A stretch of DNA of 64,000 nt from Octopus sinensis (Eukaryota), in NCBI RefSeq assembly GCF_006345805.1, contig NC_043009.1, positions 70,184,001 to 70,248,000 of the forward strand. The letters are read 5' to 3'. The notes beneath the pieces were generated by a model. The model saw only the letters and a program-made list of their open reading frames with translations. It was not told the origin of the DNA and searched no databases. How positions within the stretch are numbered: position 1 is the first letter of the stretch; every line of letters begins with the position of its first letter. Below, one piece after another: positions 1-13,418 of this stretch. Position numbers and translations under genes: made by a program.

Positions 1-656
1 GGACACGAACCGAACTGAATTTTATACAGGATCGCTCTAAATACAAGAAACGCCATCCTTTCTCTCACAATTCACTCTTTACAATTTGAAAAATAGCAGG
101 ATCATACTATGATATAATCCTAAAACAGTTATGCATGAAAATGAATAAGACAGACCGGTTCTAGATGAACTCATATGCCACACAGTTTACGAAGTTACGT
201 TGCGTATCACCGCCATTAATTTACACGTGATCTAATTGCCATATCGTATGTATTTCTTTCTAAACTGTTCTGTGCATCACGTAGTATTAGCAGAATCGCA
301 AGATTGTAGGAGAAAAAGACATCCAGTATCTAGTTTTAAGGTGTCTTAAAATCAAAGTTCAGTTTCGGCTGGGACTAAATTTCACCATTCATCCATCTCG
401 GTAGATCGATAAATCAAAGTCAAACAGCAGGTCGATTTATATTAGATTATTTTAAAAGAGAACTTTTGACAGAGACTAACAAACGAACCACCAAATTATT
501 CTCCACGCTTAGCTTTGAAAGATATGATAAAGCATAACTCGGCGTTCGATACCAATCAGAGTATGAAGCGCATCCAACAAAGTGCCAAATGCTAGTTGAC
601 AGAAAGTATGTCATGTGATAAACATATAATTAACATGATTAACATAATAATTAAAA

Positions 657-1771
657 CTAGCTTAAAGTGATCCGCTCTACGCGCGGGTGAGGGTGTGGTT
701 ATTACTTTCTGTTTCTTATCGCCACATTCTACCTCTTTGTTTCTCTCTCCTTTCTCTCTCACTTTCCCACTCTCTTACTCTCGGACTCTCCCTCTCTTTC
801 TCTTACACTCTATCTTTCTCTCTCCCATTTATAAAAAACAAAAAGATCTCGAGTAAGTTGAGAAAGAAAATATTTTGAAAGATCAATCATAAATATCAGG
901 CAGTGACAACGGAAGGACACTTGCCTTTTGTACGTGCCACTATTGGAGCGATTAAAAATAAGGAAGAAAAGGATTTCTTTGTTAAATTTAGTAATTATTT
1001 TGGGAATTTTTCGACGATTGACCATACAAATGAAAGCTGTAAACACGGGCTACATGCAGCTGTAAATTTCTTTCAGAAAAAATGAAAACCGTAAGCAATA
1101 AAAATTAAAAGGCAAAAATACGTAAAAATGAGACACTTCAAAAATTTTGCCTTAATTTTCAAAATTTGGAACCCATTTTCCGCACTTAAATTACAAATCC
1201 GCTTCCACTTTACCATGTTGAAAATTTCATTGAAATCGGGCCAAAGGTATCCAATCTAGACCCCAAAGTGTCCTCAAAAATCAATAAAATTCCCGTTTTC
1301 ACACCAAAGCAACCAATGTAGTGCCCCAAAACGTCTCCCAATCAATTTCTCACCTCAAGTTATCCCCTCCTGTTAATTTCAATCCCCTTCCAGCCCCATT
1401 TAGACCCCTTTTTACATAAAAATCTAATTTGCATCAACGTTCTCCTTCTTCATTTTATAGATTAGATTAGATGCCAATAGCGCCAATCTGGAGGGGCTTA
1501 GAGCCCCCTTGAATCGATAAAAAATCACTCTTCTCACCATAGCAACCGCATCTTTTAACCTACTCAACTCTCTGCCTCATCACGCATTCTATGCCTGTTG
1601 AGAATCGTAAACTATCTGATGAAGTTAGTTCAGAAAGTCACATAAAATTTGACTAATGAGTCTATAATTTTGTGTAGTAAATTTGCAATTCACAAGGTAC
1701 CAACGATAGGGATGATTTCAGAAAGAGGCGAACGGAAATAGATCTAACGGATGATGAAACTTTTCTTACAG

Positions 1772-1772
<1 letters not shown>
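657..1772 (+). mobile_element. Possible non-autonomous Helitron/Helentron-like or MITE-like repeat
   Basis: Starts ACTAGC followed by a subterminal quasi-palindrome (ATCCGCTCTACGCGCGGGT). Contains AAATTTCATTGAAATCGG and a small GGGGCT/AGCCCC hairpin near 1493-1508, and ends in (TA)n. Pattern recognition only. Confidence 0.25.
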
Positions 1773-2213
<441 letters not shown>

Positions 2214-3098
2214 AATAATTTTATAAGAAACTAGTTTGAGCAGTTCTTTGTTATAGAAAAGCTGTGCGCAACATTACTCCTGGTTCGTAGGGCTTTACTC
2301 TGTTGTTGTCTGCTAGTAGTAAGTAAATATGCTTGTTTATTCAACGAATTCATTTATACCAATTTATTGCACTAACGATAAACAGTATTTATCTCATAAA
2401 CAGATAAATATAAGTAACATTCTAGTGATAAACATAACAAAATGTTTGAAGATTACCGAATAATGCCGACGCCAGATGAGCATTGCGCTAATAGCTCTAT
2501 TAGCTCTGGATATGCATATAACACTGAAGAGCACACACACATATACTAACATACATGTATACTTACCCTCACACACAGCAATTGATACACATACAGACAC
2601 ACAGACATATATTGTGTGTTTGCAGTAATAGTATGTTTCTGTCACAGGAATTCTGTTATAGTTTAAGAGTAAACAGGTGTATTATATAAGAGTCAATGAC
2701 GGTGCTGGTTGAAGTGTTTCTTGCTAATAATCGAGATTTTTGGTAGATAAGTGCGGTTTTGGCTTCTTTTAAGAAGGTAACGTTTATAGGTTACACAACT
2801 TCGATTTGTCTCTCTGTATATGTCAGAAAAGGTCAAAATTACTGTTGATGTTAGTCGCGTTTTTGTGAGAAATATTAAACCGTGTGTTTTTAAATTGCTT
2901 AGATTGAATGGATTAGGTTGCGATAAGACATTTATTGAGTTTTCTGTTTGTAAAATGCTTCTTTAGAATTACATAAACATAGGCAATGCATGTATAAACC
3001 TGCATATCAGTAGTTGTATACACAGATTAATCCACAGAGATGATTCATTTTCCCCCGAGATATGTATTTACATGGAGATATAAACATAGGTATGTATG

Positions 3099-3136
<38 letters not shown>

Positions 3137-3389
3137 CCATAAGTGCGTATACATGTATATGTGTAAATGTGGGTGCGAGCTTGCGTGGGGGTATATATAT
3201 ATCCATCTGTACATATATTTGCATACTGCCCAAACATTCATACCTGCTCAGCCACTAGTAGGCTTGTATGTATATATGCACACATATAAAGAGGTATATG
3301 CATACACACTCAGCTACACACAGGTAGGCCAGGCTGTGAGAGTAAGAACCTCGTTTCGAAGCCTCATGGTTTCAGGCACAGCACCTGCG

Positions 3390-4173
3390 AAAACTATTTC
3401 TCCAGTACTGTTATGACCTCATCTACAGAACTCATATTTCTTTCGTCTAAATGACTTTGAAGACTGTGGAATAAATGATAATCAGATGGGGCAATGTCCG
3501 GTGAATATGTTGGGTGGGTCATCATTTCCCATTCAAACTGCTCTAGCCTTTGGAATGTCATCCTCGCAGTATGTGGCCGAGCATTATCCTGATGAAAGAT
3601 CTTTAATCTTGAAACCAAAGATTCTCATTTTTCTTCTAGTGTTGACTAAAGCTACTCAAGCTGCTCACAGTAGATCTCCTTTGTTATCATTTGGTTTGGG
3701 TTTAAAAGTTCAAAGTGGACTAAACCTTTCATATCCCACCAAAGAGAAAACAACACCTTACGTGATTGAAGACCTTCTGCAGCCTGGGGTGCCGTGTTTC
3801 TTCTTTCCCTACCCACTGTAGGGACCACCTTTGACACTGGCTTACGCTTATTGTCCGAGCCCCATATACCGCATTAACTTTCCTCGCACTTTCCGTTGCG
3901 TTGTTGCCTTCACTGAAGTGAGAAAGTAAATGCGTCGTTGCCTTTATTGAACTCATAAAGCAAATACCGAATAGGCTCCTTTGTCATTTCCCTAATAGCT
4001 TTGAAAAAATAACTGTTAAAAATCGAACCTCATTCTACAAAACGTGCACTAAGAATAAGGAAACAATTATCACCTGCCTTTATAGCAAATCGATGCAGGT
4101 AGTTTATCCCCATCCGAATTTAGCTCATGCAATTGAAAAAAAAAACCCGCATTATTTATGGGATGACCCGGTA
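3390..4173 (-). mobile_element. Mariner (DD34D) transposon remnant, internally deleted and 3'-truncated
   Basis: Translations give the HTH NATESARKVNAVYG..SQCQRW, then KVLFSLWWDMKGLVHFELL, then HQDNARPH...YSPDIAPSDYHLF with exactly 34 residues between the two Asp. A 5' TIR TACCGGGTCATCCCATAAATAATGCGG ends at TA 4172-4173. Frameshifted, and no second TIR found. Confidence 0.92.
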
Positions 4174-4383
4174 ATTAGGTGTATCAACTTTCAGGTAATG
4201 GATTTTTTAAACGCCCAGAAAAGAAGGTAAGTAGTAGGTAAGTTTGTGTGTAGGCAGGTGTTATTTATGGTTACTCACCTGTTTGTATTGGGAAAGTTTG
4301 TCTTGGTGTTATTTGTACGGTAAATTTGTGAATTAGATGTTTTAATTTCCACAAAGAATCTCAATTATCCAAGGAAAGTAAAA

Positions 4384-4626
4384 ATAAAAGTAAAAATAAA
4401 AATATTTGTAGTGTGTTATAGTTGCAGTTGCATTATCCAAGGAAAGTGGTGGGTAGAAATGGTAGAAATGCTTCTTGTCCGTGGTATGTAAATTCCGATA
4501 AGAGTTCATATTTTGTTATGGCATACCACAGACAAGAAGCATTTCTACCATTTCTACACACCACTTTCCTTGGATAATGGAACTGCAACTATAACACCCT
4601 ACAAATATTTTAATTTTTACTTTTAT
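4384..4626. repeat. Long inverted repeat (fold-back), 105-bp arms, 33-nt loop
   Basis: 4384-4488 is the reverse complement of 4522-4626 with 5 mismatches counted by eye. Confidence 0.95.
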
Positions 4627-4723
4627 TCACTTATTTCCCTTTATAGTTCCTATGTCCATCTTTTTCCAAAATAACTCCTCATATTGAACTCTATTGTTTC
4701 CCTCTATTTCGCCATCTCACGTC

Positions 4724-4772
4724 GCCTCTGGTGAAATGGGTACTCCTAATATCCCAGAAACAGCTGTAAGAC
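4724..4772 (+). ncRNA. Decayed type I hammerhead ribozyme of the Penelope-like (minimal) class
   Basis: GCCT-CTGGTGA-AATGGGTA ctcctaa TATCCCA-GAAAC-AGCT-GTA-AGAC. Core CUGANGA has one substitution; GAAA, palindromic stem III, GUA cleavage triplet and stem I (GCCT/AGAC, one mismatch) are present. Confidence 0.65.
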
Positions 4773-4845
4773 TAACTTTCTCTTTATAACTGTCCTAGAA
4801 ATTTCACTCTACCTTGGCTTTATTGCCTCATTCTGTTAATTTACA

Positions 4846-5095
<250 letters not shown>

Positions 5096-5590
5096 ATACG
5101 TGAGTACAGGACACCACAACAGGACGTAGAAACGGGAAAAACATAAAATTATAACAAGAAAATAAGGAAAAGTCCCCGGTCATCAGCTGTCGCTAGTTAG
5201 ACTCAAGTGTGTTTCGAAGGCGAGACAGGACACATCGTAAAACTAGGCCTTCCTGCGAGAGAATTAAAATAAAATTCCAAGCAGCCGGGTGAAAAACGGT
5301 TAAGAACACAACCAGGACGTAATAATAAAACTGCACAGTAAAATACAAGATAAATTACACGATAAAAATACATGTACAAAAAAATACAAACGCGAAATAA
5401 AAAGAGAATACAATACGGGAAATCAAATAAAACAAGAGAACGAACGAGAAAAAACAAACGAAAAGGCCTTTTTTGGCTAGACGGAAGATGTAGTGGCAGC
5501 GTATGGAAAGCGTATGGAAAGCATGACTTTTCAGTCCCAAAGGCAGCGTGCAAAAGAAAGAGATTATGGCTGGCGGTGAGGAAGAAGGAG
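5096..5590. repeat. Interspersed repeat remnant, possibly Penelope-like
   Basis: Embedded between (TA)n and (GA)n tracts; degenerate CTGATGA and GAAAC motifs on the minus strand. Family assignment is from recollection only. Confidence 0.25.
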
Positions 5591-5705
5591 GAGTGAGAGA
5601 GAGAGAGAAAAAGAGGGGGACACGCGGCTGAGAGAGAGAGGAAGGAGAGTGAGAGGGAGAGAGAGGGGAGAGGGTAAAGCAAATATATATACACACAGAG
5701 GTATA

Positions 5706-5769
<64 letters not shown>

Positions 5770-6949
5770 ATATTATATATATATAAATATATATATATAT
5801 ATACATACGTGCATAGACACATGTATGTGCTTTTATACACACATATCTATATGCACATATACATATGTGTGCATGTACGCGCGTGTATATGCATGTGCAT
5901 CTATATGCTTATATTTGTAATCTATATATATGCTCTTTCATATATGTGTGCCAATGTTTGTTCCATGTGTGTGTGCGTGTTTGTGTGTGTATGCGTGCGT
6001 GCGTGTGGGAAGATACACCCTAGGTTTCCTTCTTTCTTTCTTTTTTATTTACTTATTACTAATTTCTTTACTAATTTATTTCTTTACTTATTGAACGACA
6101 TAACGGGGAAGCTATTTGAAAAAGTACGACCTGTCCACGTGACATTGTTATGGTTTTCATACTCGATCCAAGAAGCCACAGGAAATTGCAATTCGCCCTA
6201 GCTTTATATACAACCCAAAAATCTCTGACCTGAAGCTTGTTTGATAAGTGCCAATGCGTGAAAGTTACCGGCTTTGCATCACACTGATGTCTCTATTAAA
6301 TATTAATATGTCTGTGTGCGTGTGTATGCGTGTGTATATTATGTGCGTACGTGCGTGTGTGTGTGCGTATACGTGTCTGTGCATGTGTGTGTATATATGA
6401 GTGTGTGCTTGTACATATGTGTTTATCTTCAGAATATATTTAGTTTTTGTATCTATAGACATACATTTCCATATATGCATCTGTTGTTATGTCCTGTTAA
6501 TTGCATTTGTATAACATTTCTCTGTTTTTTTTCGTCCTCGTTTTCGTATACATTCGCTGATTTCTCCCAAGCAATCTAATGCTCTTAGCTTAGTTTTTCC
6601 TTGGGGCTGGCCAGATTGGACCACTCTCGAGTATAACCAGCCGAAATTGCGAAGATAATCTGGAACTCGACTGAGGATAGAAAACTCTGAATGACCCGTC
6701 CTTGTTTTATTTGTATCGTCTGTCTGGATGTTTTGTTGTCCCTTTTTTGTATCACCTGTCCGGATGCTTTGCGTTCTTGTCCCATTTTTGTACTTTTTTT
6801 ATATAAAATATAGCGGTGTACGTACACTTTGGTCTCTTATATATATATGCATACACACATACATGTATATGTATATGTATATGTATATAAACCCTTTTTA
6901 TCAGCACAGCTATCTCTATATGAATATGTTTAAGTACATGTACGGGTGA

Positions 6950-6979
6950 GAGTGAGAGAAGAGATAGATAGAGAGAGAG

Positions 6980-7068
<89 letters not shown>
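6950..7068. repeat. (GA)n microsatellite
   Basis: Directly visible. Confidence 0.97.
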
Positions 7069-7070
<2 letters not shown>

Positions 7071-8206
7071 GATAAGAATATTTTTCAATGTTATGTCAAT
7101 TAGAAGATTTCCATATTTCTCCGGTTAGAAACCAATGGGAAGAGGAAGGGGGTGTTTGAGAAAGCATATCTTTTGTGTAAGAGAATACTTATTAATTTCT
7201 GCATCTCACATTTCATCTATGCGAGACGAAGAACTTGAAGACGGTGGGGGTATATTAGAATGCATACGGCTGAGACTGCAGAATCGTTTTTCTATATAAT
7301 GGAAAATCCTCAAGAATAAACACCAAACACCTCAAAGACATACAATGGAGGAAATAAGAAGAAAACATAAACGTAATAATATTATACATAAAAATAAAAA
7401 AAATTATGGCAACGTAATTTCACGAAGGCTATTTCAATGAAATCTAATTTAAATTATTTATGGTGACATGTGATAACAATCGCAGAAAGTTATCTTTTTT
7501 TCTTCGATGGCTGTCAAATAATAAAATCATTTGCTTTTCGATTTTAAAATTATTTTCCTTTTTTTTTTGCTTTTAAAAACATTATATTCTGTATTTATTT
7601 CTCTCTGTATCGCTTTATTTGCGACTTTATCGTTCTCTCTGTCTGTTTCTGTCTAATACATACATAGAGACACATATATATTTATGTATATGTGTATGCC
7701 TGTGTATGTACTATGTATATATGTGTTTGTGTGTACGTATATGCATGTATGTATATATGTATATATATACACGTATATACATACATATATATATATAAGT
7801 ATATGCATAACAATGTCTACCTGTGTATATGTGTGTGTGAGTGTGTGTGTATATGTGTGTATACACAGTCACACACACATACATCTGCACACACATGTAT
7901 ATACGTAATGAGAGAAAGACAGTATTTTTAAATAAAATTAATGTTTGTATGAATGTGTATATATATATATCTGTATCTCTGTATCTCTGTGTATATATGA
8001 ATATATATATATGAATATGTGTATATATGAATACATACATTGAATATATACATTGTATATGCATTGTCTGTTTAATTAAAAATTTCTATAAGTGGCTGAA
8101 GATTGCTCGACATTTTAAAACTGATGTAATATTTGCAGTGTTTAATAAAATGAAGTAGCATGAAACAATTGTACTACACTACCTTGGATATTCTCGTTGC
8201 TTATTT

Positions 8207-8244
<38 letters not shown>

Positions 8245-8779
8245 TTACAAAAGATCATGTAATCGTCAATATTTTTGCCAGAAACAATAAAAGTGGTTGT
8301 GAGCGTCAGTGTACTGTGCGCGATGGAATGTTTCGTGGTTGTTCGTTGCTGATTTGTTGCTGGTCAAAATGCTATTCCATCCATTATCGGGACGTTAACT
8401 GAATCTACCATTCATGGACTGAACCCGTTAAAATGAACTAAATCTTCCACCACTTCATAAAAACATTGTGGTGTGTTTTACAATTTATTGCTTTTGTTGT
8501 TATGACCAAAGCCCAGTGAGTTGGTGATTTCTTTATGTTTTTAGATGTGGTTTTGATAATTTTGATATGCTGCGTTGTTTCTTACTTGACCGGAGCAAAA
8601 GGGCACTGACCAATCGTTTTTGTTACTCTCCCTGCAGAGCGAAATTCTAAGTGTAAATCTGTTTCGAAACTGAGAAAATATTTTCGGAATCGAGAAGTTG
8701 CGAGATTTTGAATGTAAAACATGTTTCACAGTGATTTCCTGCCACCGGATCGTGCTGGCAGAGAATTAACAAAAAAAAA

Positions 8780-10260
8780 AAAAAACAGTAACAGCAACGT
8801 CAGTGGAGACAACAGTATTTACAACAACAGCAACAATTACTAAAATCAATAAGAGTAACAAAAATCAACAAGAGCAGAATGAAGAACTATGAAATATCAA
8901 CCAAAGGTGCGCGTAAAATTACCACAAACAGTAGTAGCAACAACACGACGGCGGCGACGGCGACGACTACTACCACCAAGACCAGCAGCAGCAGCACCAC
9001 CACCACCACCACACCACCACCACAACAACAACAACAGCAAACAATGACACTTCAATGAGAAACAGTTTTAGCAATGACAACGATCACATAAACAGCAAAC
9101 ACTGATCTCAGCAACAGCAGCAGTCAAAACAGCCAAATCAATAACCGCGTTCGATCTCATCTCATTAGACAATAAGCAAGGATTTTTATAAGGAGCGGAG
9201 AAACACACCATCAGCCTAGAAAAGAGAGACGGTTCCACTCCATATATCTCAAAACCTTTTACACCAAACAGAAATAAAAACAATTTTTTATTGGTGCTTT
9301 TACAGCCACCCCTTAACCAACCTCAGAACAAGCTGAGCCTTGCTAAAAATTACTGTCCAGATATTATTTTCCACTCGGAAACCTCAACCGAAATGCGTGG
9401 GGTCGTGCCACAAAGACCTGAACATTCCCCCCCCCCCGCCGTTTTCTATTTTTCTGGAACAGAGAGTAATCAGAATAAATATTTAAAACATACCACGAGA
9501 ACTCCAAGTGGATACTGAAATTTGCAGATTTGGAAGACCCTTGCTCACTGCTTGAAGATAGTTTCGTGAAGCTAATTGGTTGCAGTGGAGCCTTAGATCT
9601 TGATTGATGTGAAACCTGAGTTACTTGACAAGATCCCAAACCCCTCCAGAGATCTCAGGATAGCAAATGCAGATTGTAGTGGAATGTAGAACATATTGAT
9701 GCAACAACTACAGATACACTAATTACCTCCTGAATTGCTGCCACCAGCAACAACAACAACAAAGTGACAAATGGAAGAATTCCACTGCCACTTACATCAC
9801 AGTTTTAGCGCCAAAAAAACAACAACTTCAACCACAAAACCAAAATTTAAAGTATTTCTATAATAACAGCATGCAACCGCCGCAACAGTGATTGCAAAAC
9901 GGCCAGAAGAACAAGAGCAGACAACAACAAAAAAATGGCAAAACACAACAAAACAACACAACAAAACAATAAAAGAAAAACCTCCGATGTGAACCAACGC
10001 ATCACCAAATAAAGCAACAGAAAGCCCTTAAACAATAAGAAAAATTGAAAATGACAATGATCCCTAAAATATGCCGTTCCCCGATTGTGACTTCTCAGAT
10101 ATAAAATGTAACAAATGTGACGGTGAGGCAACAAAATGAAAAGGTAAACGAACAAAAACTAACAGACAAGAATAAATGGCTGAAATAATTTTGATGAAAC
10201 AGGCTCCATCAAAACGCTCCCAGCAGCAGCAGCAGCAGCAATAATATGAATACCATCTTT
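8780..10260. repeat. Long CAA/CAG/CAC-rich low-complexity region
   Basis: Strongly A/C-skewed trinucleotide runs interspersed with unique sequence. Confidence 0.7.
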
Positions 10261-10449
10261 ATCATTATCTCCAACAACAAGCACAAGAATAAAAGGATTA
10301 ACGCATACATCAGTCATATCTCACAACATGGACAAAAAGAAGAAAAAAGAAAACGTTAACTCTACGGTTATAGGCAAGCAATAAAATACTAATGGATCAC
10401 ATGGCTGTATTACAGTGAACAGCTACGTTATATAAACTTATAATAACGG

Positions 10450-11410
10450 ATACCGTCCAAGTGTCGCGGCAAACCTGCACATCCTCATAAAAACACACGA
10501 GATGTCTTAGCTTCAGCGAATGTCTGCTCATCATTAACAACTGTTTGCCTATTTTCCCACTCAACCCGTGTTGGCTTCAATAGGAGTACTTGACCCGTAG
10601 AACACGTCGTTTGACAGTAAGTTGAAGGGAAAGGCGCTGCAGTCCGGTTAGATATGAACAAGGCCAAGTAAACCAATCTGATGGTAATATTCAGAGGAGG
10701 CACTTCAAATATTCGTTATTTCTGCCTGAATTTCCAAGGAATACTTTGTTCAACAACATGCTCCAACTTATTTGCCAACATCTTACTCAATCTCAAGCTT
10801 GCTTAGCCACCGAGCTTAATAAATATGCGTCGAGGAACACGGTCAGTTGAAGTTCTCGATGAAAGCCTAGGCATCGACGACGATGAACTAGTCTGTTTTC
10901 GGAGACTTCCAGGTCCGATACTACCATGGATAACTTCCAGTAATCCCTGACCTACCATTACAACTAAGGAGCACCAACAGTTCGAGATAAACGCTACAAA
11001 TACGGAAGCCCTGTCAAATGGGACAGTCCGAGATGCGTGCAGAGCGGCAAAACCATTCTCGTGCAGTGTCCGAGATTGCTGAATTGTGCTATCATGTGGA
11101 ACAGTTGCTCTCGTGTGTGGTACGAATCCGACAATAGTCTGATTCCATCGTGTGGATCGAACCTTCACGCACCTTTAACAAGGCAAAGCAGGAGGTGCTC
11201 CTTTGTCCAGTGATTATGGCAAAAGAGGTAGTGCAGAGGGTTGAGGGAAGGCTCCTTCCTCTTCGGTGAAGTTCTCACTGACTTTAAAGTTCCACTTGGG
11301 AAAGGAAGTGAGTGGCGTGTAGGAAGTGTTACCTTACGATATATTTGTGAAAAGATGGGCGACTGCAGGAAAATGGTTTGAGTGAATGGCTTTACTCCAA
11401 GTGTTCACAC
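10450..11410 (+). mobile_element. L1/Tx1-clade LINE ORF2 remnant (RT start and C-terminal region)
   Basis: Frameshifted translations: NNCLPIFPLN (cf. NFRPITLLN), GAAVRLDMNKA, MDNFQ*SL..GAPTVRDKRYKYG..PRCVQSGKTIL..IAELCYHVEQLLS. Nucleotide-homologous to the inverted copy near 41.1-41.4 kb. Confidence 0.7.
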
Positions 11411-11494
11411 CTGTACATTGGAGAACAATATTCGGAAGAGGACTCGTGCATTTGGCGGTTAGCATAATCTTGGATCTGTAGGAGATTCCTTGGT

Positions 11495-11810
11495 TAGCTA
11501 TAATTGGTTTTTCTCCTCTTTCAGGAGCCTGAATTGTTCATGTTATCCATACTTTGTAGACCATGTATACTTGTATCGTATTTCACAGTATTTTACCATT
11601 TCTTCGTACCCACCTTTATACTCATTTGCTTGCTGTTTCGGCCATACTTATATTTTTACGGGGATTCTTTCTATCTTCAGGTTGCACATTCGTGTTATCT
11701 CTATTTCCAGATCTTTGTATTTAGATGGTTTCTCTATTTCTTTTACAGAATATATTTATCTGTTTTAACAGATATGTCTAGTACAAAGCATTTTTTCCAT
11801 GTTGGTCCAC
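11495..11810 (-). mobile_element. R4/Dong-clade LINE, restriction-like endonuclease 3' fragment
   Basis: KCFVLDISVKTD..KEIEKPSKYKDLEIEITRMCNLK, homologous to the copy at 40247-40696. Confidence 0.75.
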
Positions 11811-12785
11811 GGTAAGAATATTATCTCTTGTAATACTGTCGGCTCCTGTCATACTGTTATGCGCGCCAAAATTAGTATTTTGCTGGCGCGCGATGATGGG
11901 CAGACTTGGTGCTTTTCGCGACTGAACAGTGCACGATTTTTATTCACTTTAAGGGCAACTTCATTTCTATTACACTGTTTAGCTTAAGAATAGCTAATGA
12001 ATAATTCCCACCTTAAAAAAAAGCAAAAACAAAACAGTCAGGTGTTTTGATTAATATTGGGTTGTTCATTCTCACAGATAAAGCCAGATTCATGTAAGTT
12101 AAAAATGTTCTCTAATATTCTGTTGCTGAACTAGGTTTAAGAATATATTGATGAGAAACCTCTTCATTAATTCTGATATCGCAGAGGAAAGAGCTATATC
12201 CCAGAATTATTTTCCTGTACACTAACAGCGTACTTCTTTCTTCCACTTAAATTTCATGTACTTTTAATGAGATAACAGCAACTAATTAAATATGCAAAAC
12301 CAGGAAAGAGATAAATTCTTCGATAATCACATGAGTATTTGATCTCCAATCATTACACAAATGGAGAAAAACAAAATTACACTAATTTGTTTTTTATACA
12401 TCAACAACACAGAGAAAGCTACTAAGTTGAAGCAGACGGTAGGCATTATAATTTCTGTTGCTCTGTCAAAGTGCCCTGACTTATATAACACTGCGAAACA
12501 TCTATTTTCATAGCTGAAATGTGATCCTCGATAGATTTCTGCTTGTAGATCTTGAACGGTGCTGTCGGTTACTCACTTTATACCCCCGGCCTATATGCAA
12601 CAGAAGGTCATACTGCTTGACTAATATGTACTAAACTCAGGGATCTCCCCGCCCCACCACCAAAACCTGACTGTAACTGAAGTTTATTCTCTTTAAAAAC
12701 TGTAACCCTGTTAAGTTGCAACATATTGTGTCCATTAGAGCACATTTAGTAAAGTCGAAAGTCAGATAAGCTTTGAACAAATATA

Positions 12786-13418
12786 CACCCAGAACCCCGC
12801 TAGTAGCTTAGGAGTGAAATTTGGGATTTCTCGGTTTTCTGTGAATCGATTTTGATAAAACGTTTCCCGGCTGGTTTGCACACTAGGATAACACCATCTT
12901 CGGATGTCAACCCTGTTCATCATTAAACAAGATGTTTATGATGATGGACACCAATTTACGTCGAAAGATGGGCGACCATCAAAGCTTGCAGTAGAAGCAA
13001 TCTACCCCGCTGCTATTAAGGAATTGACAGATTCCATGACTAATAGGGCTTTTGAAGTTATCTGTCGAAATGATGCTCATGTGGCTAAATAATTCATTTT
13101 GTCAATAAATGTTATAATATTATTATGGTTTTCTGTTAAATATATACTCAATGTATGCTTAATATGTATCATTACCCTTCATTTTCTGGGGGAAAAATGT
13201 CAAGATGTGCTATTTTCATTCAAAAGCTATTAGCATGGTTCACCAAGAAAGTGAAGAATCTGAAATAAAAACGAAAGGACGTTACACAGAATAAAGAAAA
13301 CATAACAATGGTGTGATCATGGTGTGCAAACCAACTGTGAAAAGCTTATCAAAACCAATTCAGAGAAAACCGAGAGATCCTAAATTTCTTTCCTAAGTTA
13401 TTAACGTAGTTCTGGGTG
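12786..13418 (+). mobile_element. Non-autonomous Tc1-like element (deletion derivative) with ~110-bp TIRs
   Basis: 12786-12897 and about 13308-13418 are imperfect inverted repeats (CACCCAGAAC...GTTCTGGGTG), with TA on the left and TC on the right. The internal ORF 12904-13092 ends AIKELTDSMTNRAFEVICRNDAHV, like a Tc1 transposase C-terminus. Confidence 0.75.

Larger units (their letters stand above)
4290..4830 (+). mobile_element. Penelope-like element terminal (pLTR) remnant
   Basis: Inferred from the hammerhead, the adjacent inverted duplication and the flanking (TA)n. No RT or GIY-YIG coding sequence seen; boundaries approximate. Confidence 0.45.

Noticed and set aside
1610-1645. CTGATGA..GAAAG motif
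   Set aside because: No supporting stems II or III.
4195-4226. 32-nt exon-like segment encoding GNGFFKRPEKK, resembling the integrin alpha GFFKR motif
   Set aside because: Only a 5-residue match, no upstream transmembrane exon found, and it lies directly beside a mariner TIR.
5170-5260. Second possible hammerhead on the minus strand (GAAGGC/GCCTTC, GAAAC..GTC, CTGATGA)
   Set aside because: The core before stem II is not CUGANGA and no stem I forms; the elements do not assemble into a valid topology.
8561-8578. FDMLRC peptide identical to part of vertebrate MCH
   Set aside because: Six residues only, no precursor context and nearby stops; expected by chance.
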